Origin: Candidatus Eiseniibacteriota bacterium
GTDB lineage: Bacteria > Eisenbacteria > RBG-16-71-46
NCBI GenBank assembly: GCA_963744995.1
Contig: CAVUWA010000004.1
Span: 320,001-384,000 of the forward strand
DNA length: 64,000 bases
Reading direction: 5' to 3'
Shown here: positions 63,513 to 64,000 of the stretch, piece by piece
Layout: the number at the start of each line of letters is the position of its first letter
Position numbering within the stretch: the stretch's first letter is position 1
The notes under the pieces: model-generated
Told to the model about the DNA's origin: nothing
Databases searched by the model: none
Seen by the model: only the letters and a program-made list of their open reading frames with translations
Position numbers and translations under genes: made by a program

Positions 63513-64000
63513 GACCGTTCGCCGACCGCCGCGAGGCACAGCGCGGGTTCCGCGGCCGGATCATTCCGCCGCACCGCTCGATTCTGACCCTGCGGCTCAC
63601 CGATTCCCGCGCGATCTACGGCACGCTCGCCGCGCTGGGGCTCGCGCTGCTCTGGTTCATGGCGGTCGGCCCGGCGGCGCGGGTGTGGGCGTCGATGATG
63701 GGGTTCTGGTGCGAAGTGATCGGACTGCCGGCCACGGTGGGTCTCGTGTCGCACACGATCCTCGGCGGCGCCTGGACGATCGAGTTCCCGCGCCTCGCCG
63801 TCACGGCGGCGCCGTTCACGCGCAGCGTGTGGTGGACGGGGGCGATCGCCACGCTGGCCGTGGCGCTGGTCTCGTGGCTGCTGCCGCGGCGCTGGCTGCC
63901 GTTTCTCTACCTGCTGCGCACCGCGGCGATCGTGCAGGCCAGCGCGCAGCTGGTGTTCTGGTTCGCCCCCGGCGCGTTCCCCTACGACGTGGCCGGGTAC
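63509..64000 (+). CDS. Hypothetical multi-pass membrane protein (runs off the window)
   Basis: ATG 63509 overlaps the upstream stop; open to the window end: MRPFADRREAQRGFRGRIIPPHRS..., with several hydrophobic segments. Confidence 0.75.
   Translation, partial: MRPFADRREAQRGFRGRIIPPHRSILTLRLTDSRAIYGTLAALGLALLWFMAVGPAARVWASMMGFWCEVIGLPATVGLVSHTILGGAWTIEFPRLAVTAAPFTRSVWWTGAIATLAVALVSWLLPRRWLPFLYLLRTAAIVQASAQLVFWFAPGAFPYDVAGY

Overview
A high-GC (roughly 70% by eye) bacterial chromosome segment from a diderm organism (LptE, outer-membrane beta-barrels). Secreted proteins with FlgD/T9SS-like C-terminal tails suggest an FCB-related candidate lineage such as Eisenbacteria; this is inference only. 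Positions 1-36.3 kb are almost all minus-strand housekeeping genes: L20-leader/infC-rpmI-rplT-pheST-zapB-like-zapA-6S RNA-rny-[ymdB::folD fusion]-xseAB-ispA-GNAT-DUF212-dxs-nadK-recN-trpEGDCFB (no trpA), a 212-bp MITE, tRNA-Arg(CCG), a MenG/UbiE-like gene, a sigma54-promoted GAF-GGDEF cyclase, wbpB/D/E-like sugar genes, a GAF-PAS kinase with an NtrC-type regulator, lptE, holA and leuS. Positions 36.5-45.6 kb hold thrS, tRNA-Val(GAC), three small beta-barrel genes, a DAHP synthase preceded by a complete Trp-sensing attenuator, a HAF-repeat exoprotein and aroC. Positions 45.8-64 kb are accessory: UPF0182, MscS, CorA, a lipoprotein, GH31, SRPBCC, a PA-domain metallopeptidase with a small partner, a haloperoxidase-like remnant, a BBE-type flavoenzyme, and the start of an uncharacterised GT2/beta-helix/membrane-protein operon. 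The most notable signals are the WWRW attenuator on the DAHP synthase gene rather than on the trp operon, the YmdB-FolD fusion, the MITE with TGT/ACA ends and a 16-bp target duplication, a Cys4 insert in the kinase GAF domain, and the GT2 operon. Single-base frameshifts in leuS, thrS and one beta-barrel gene are probably assembly errors.
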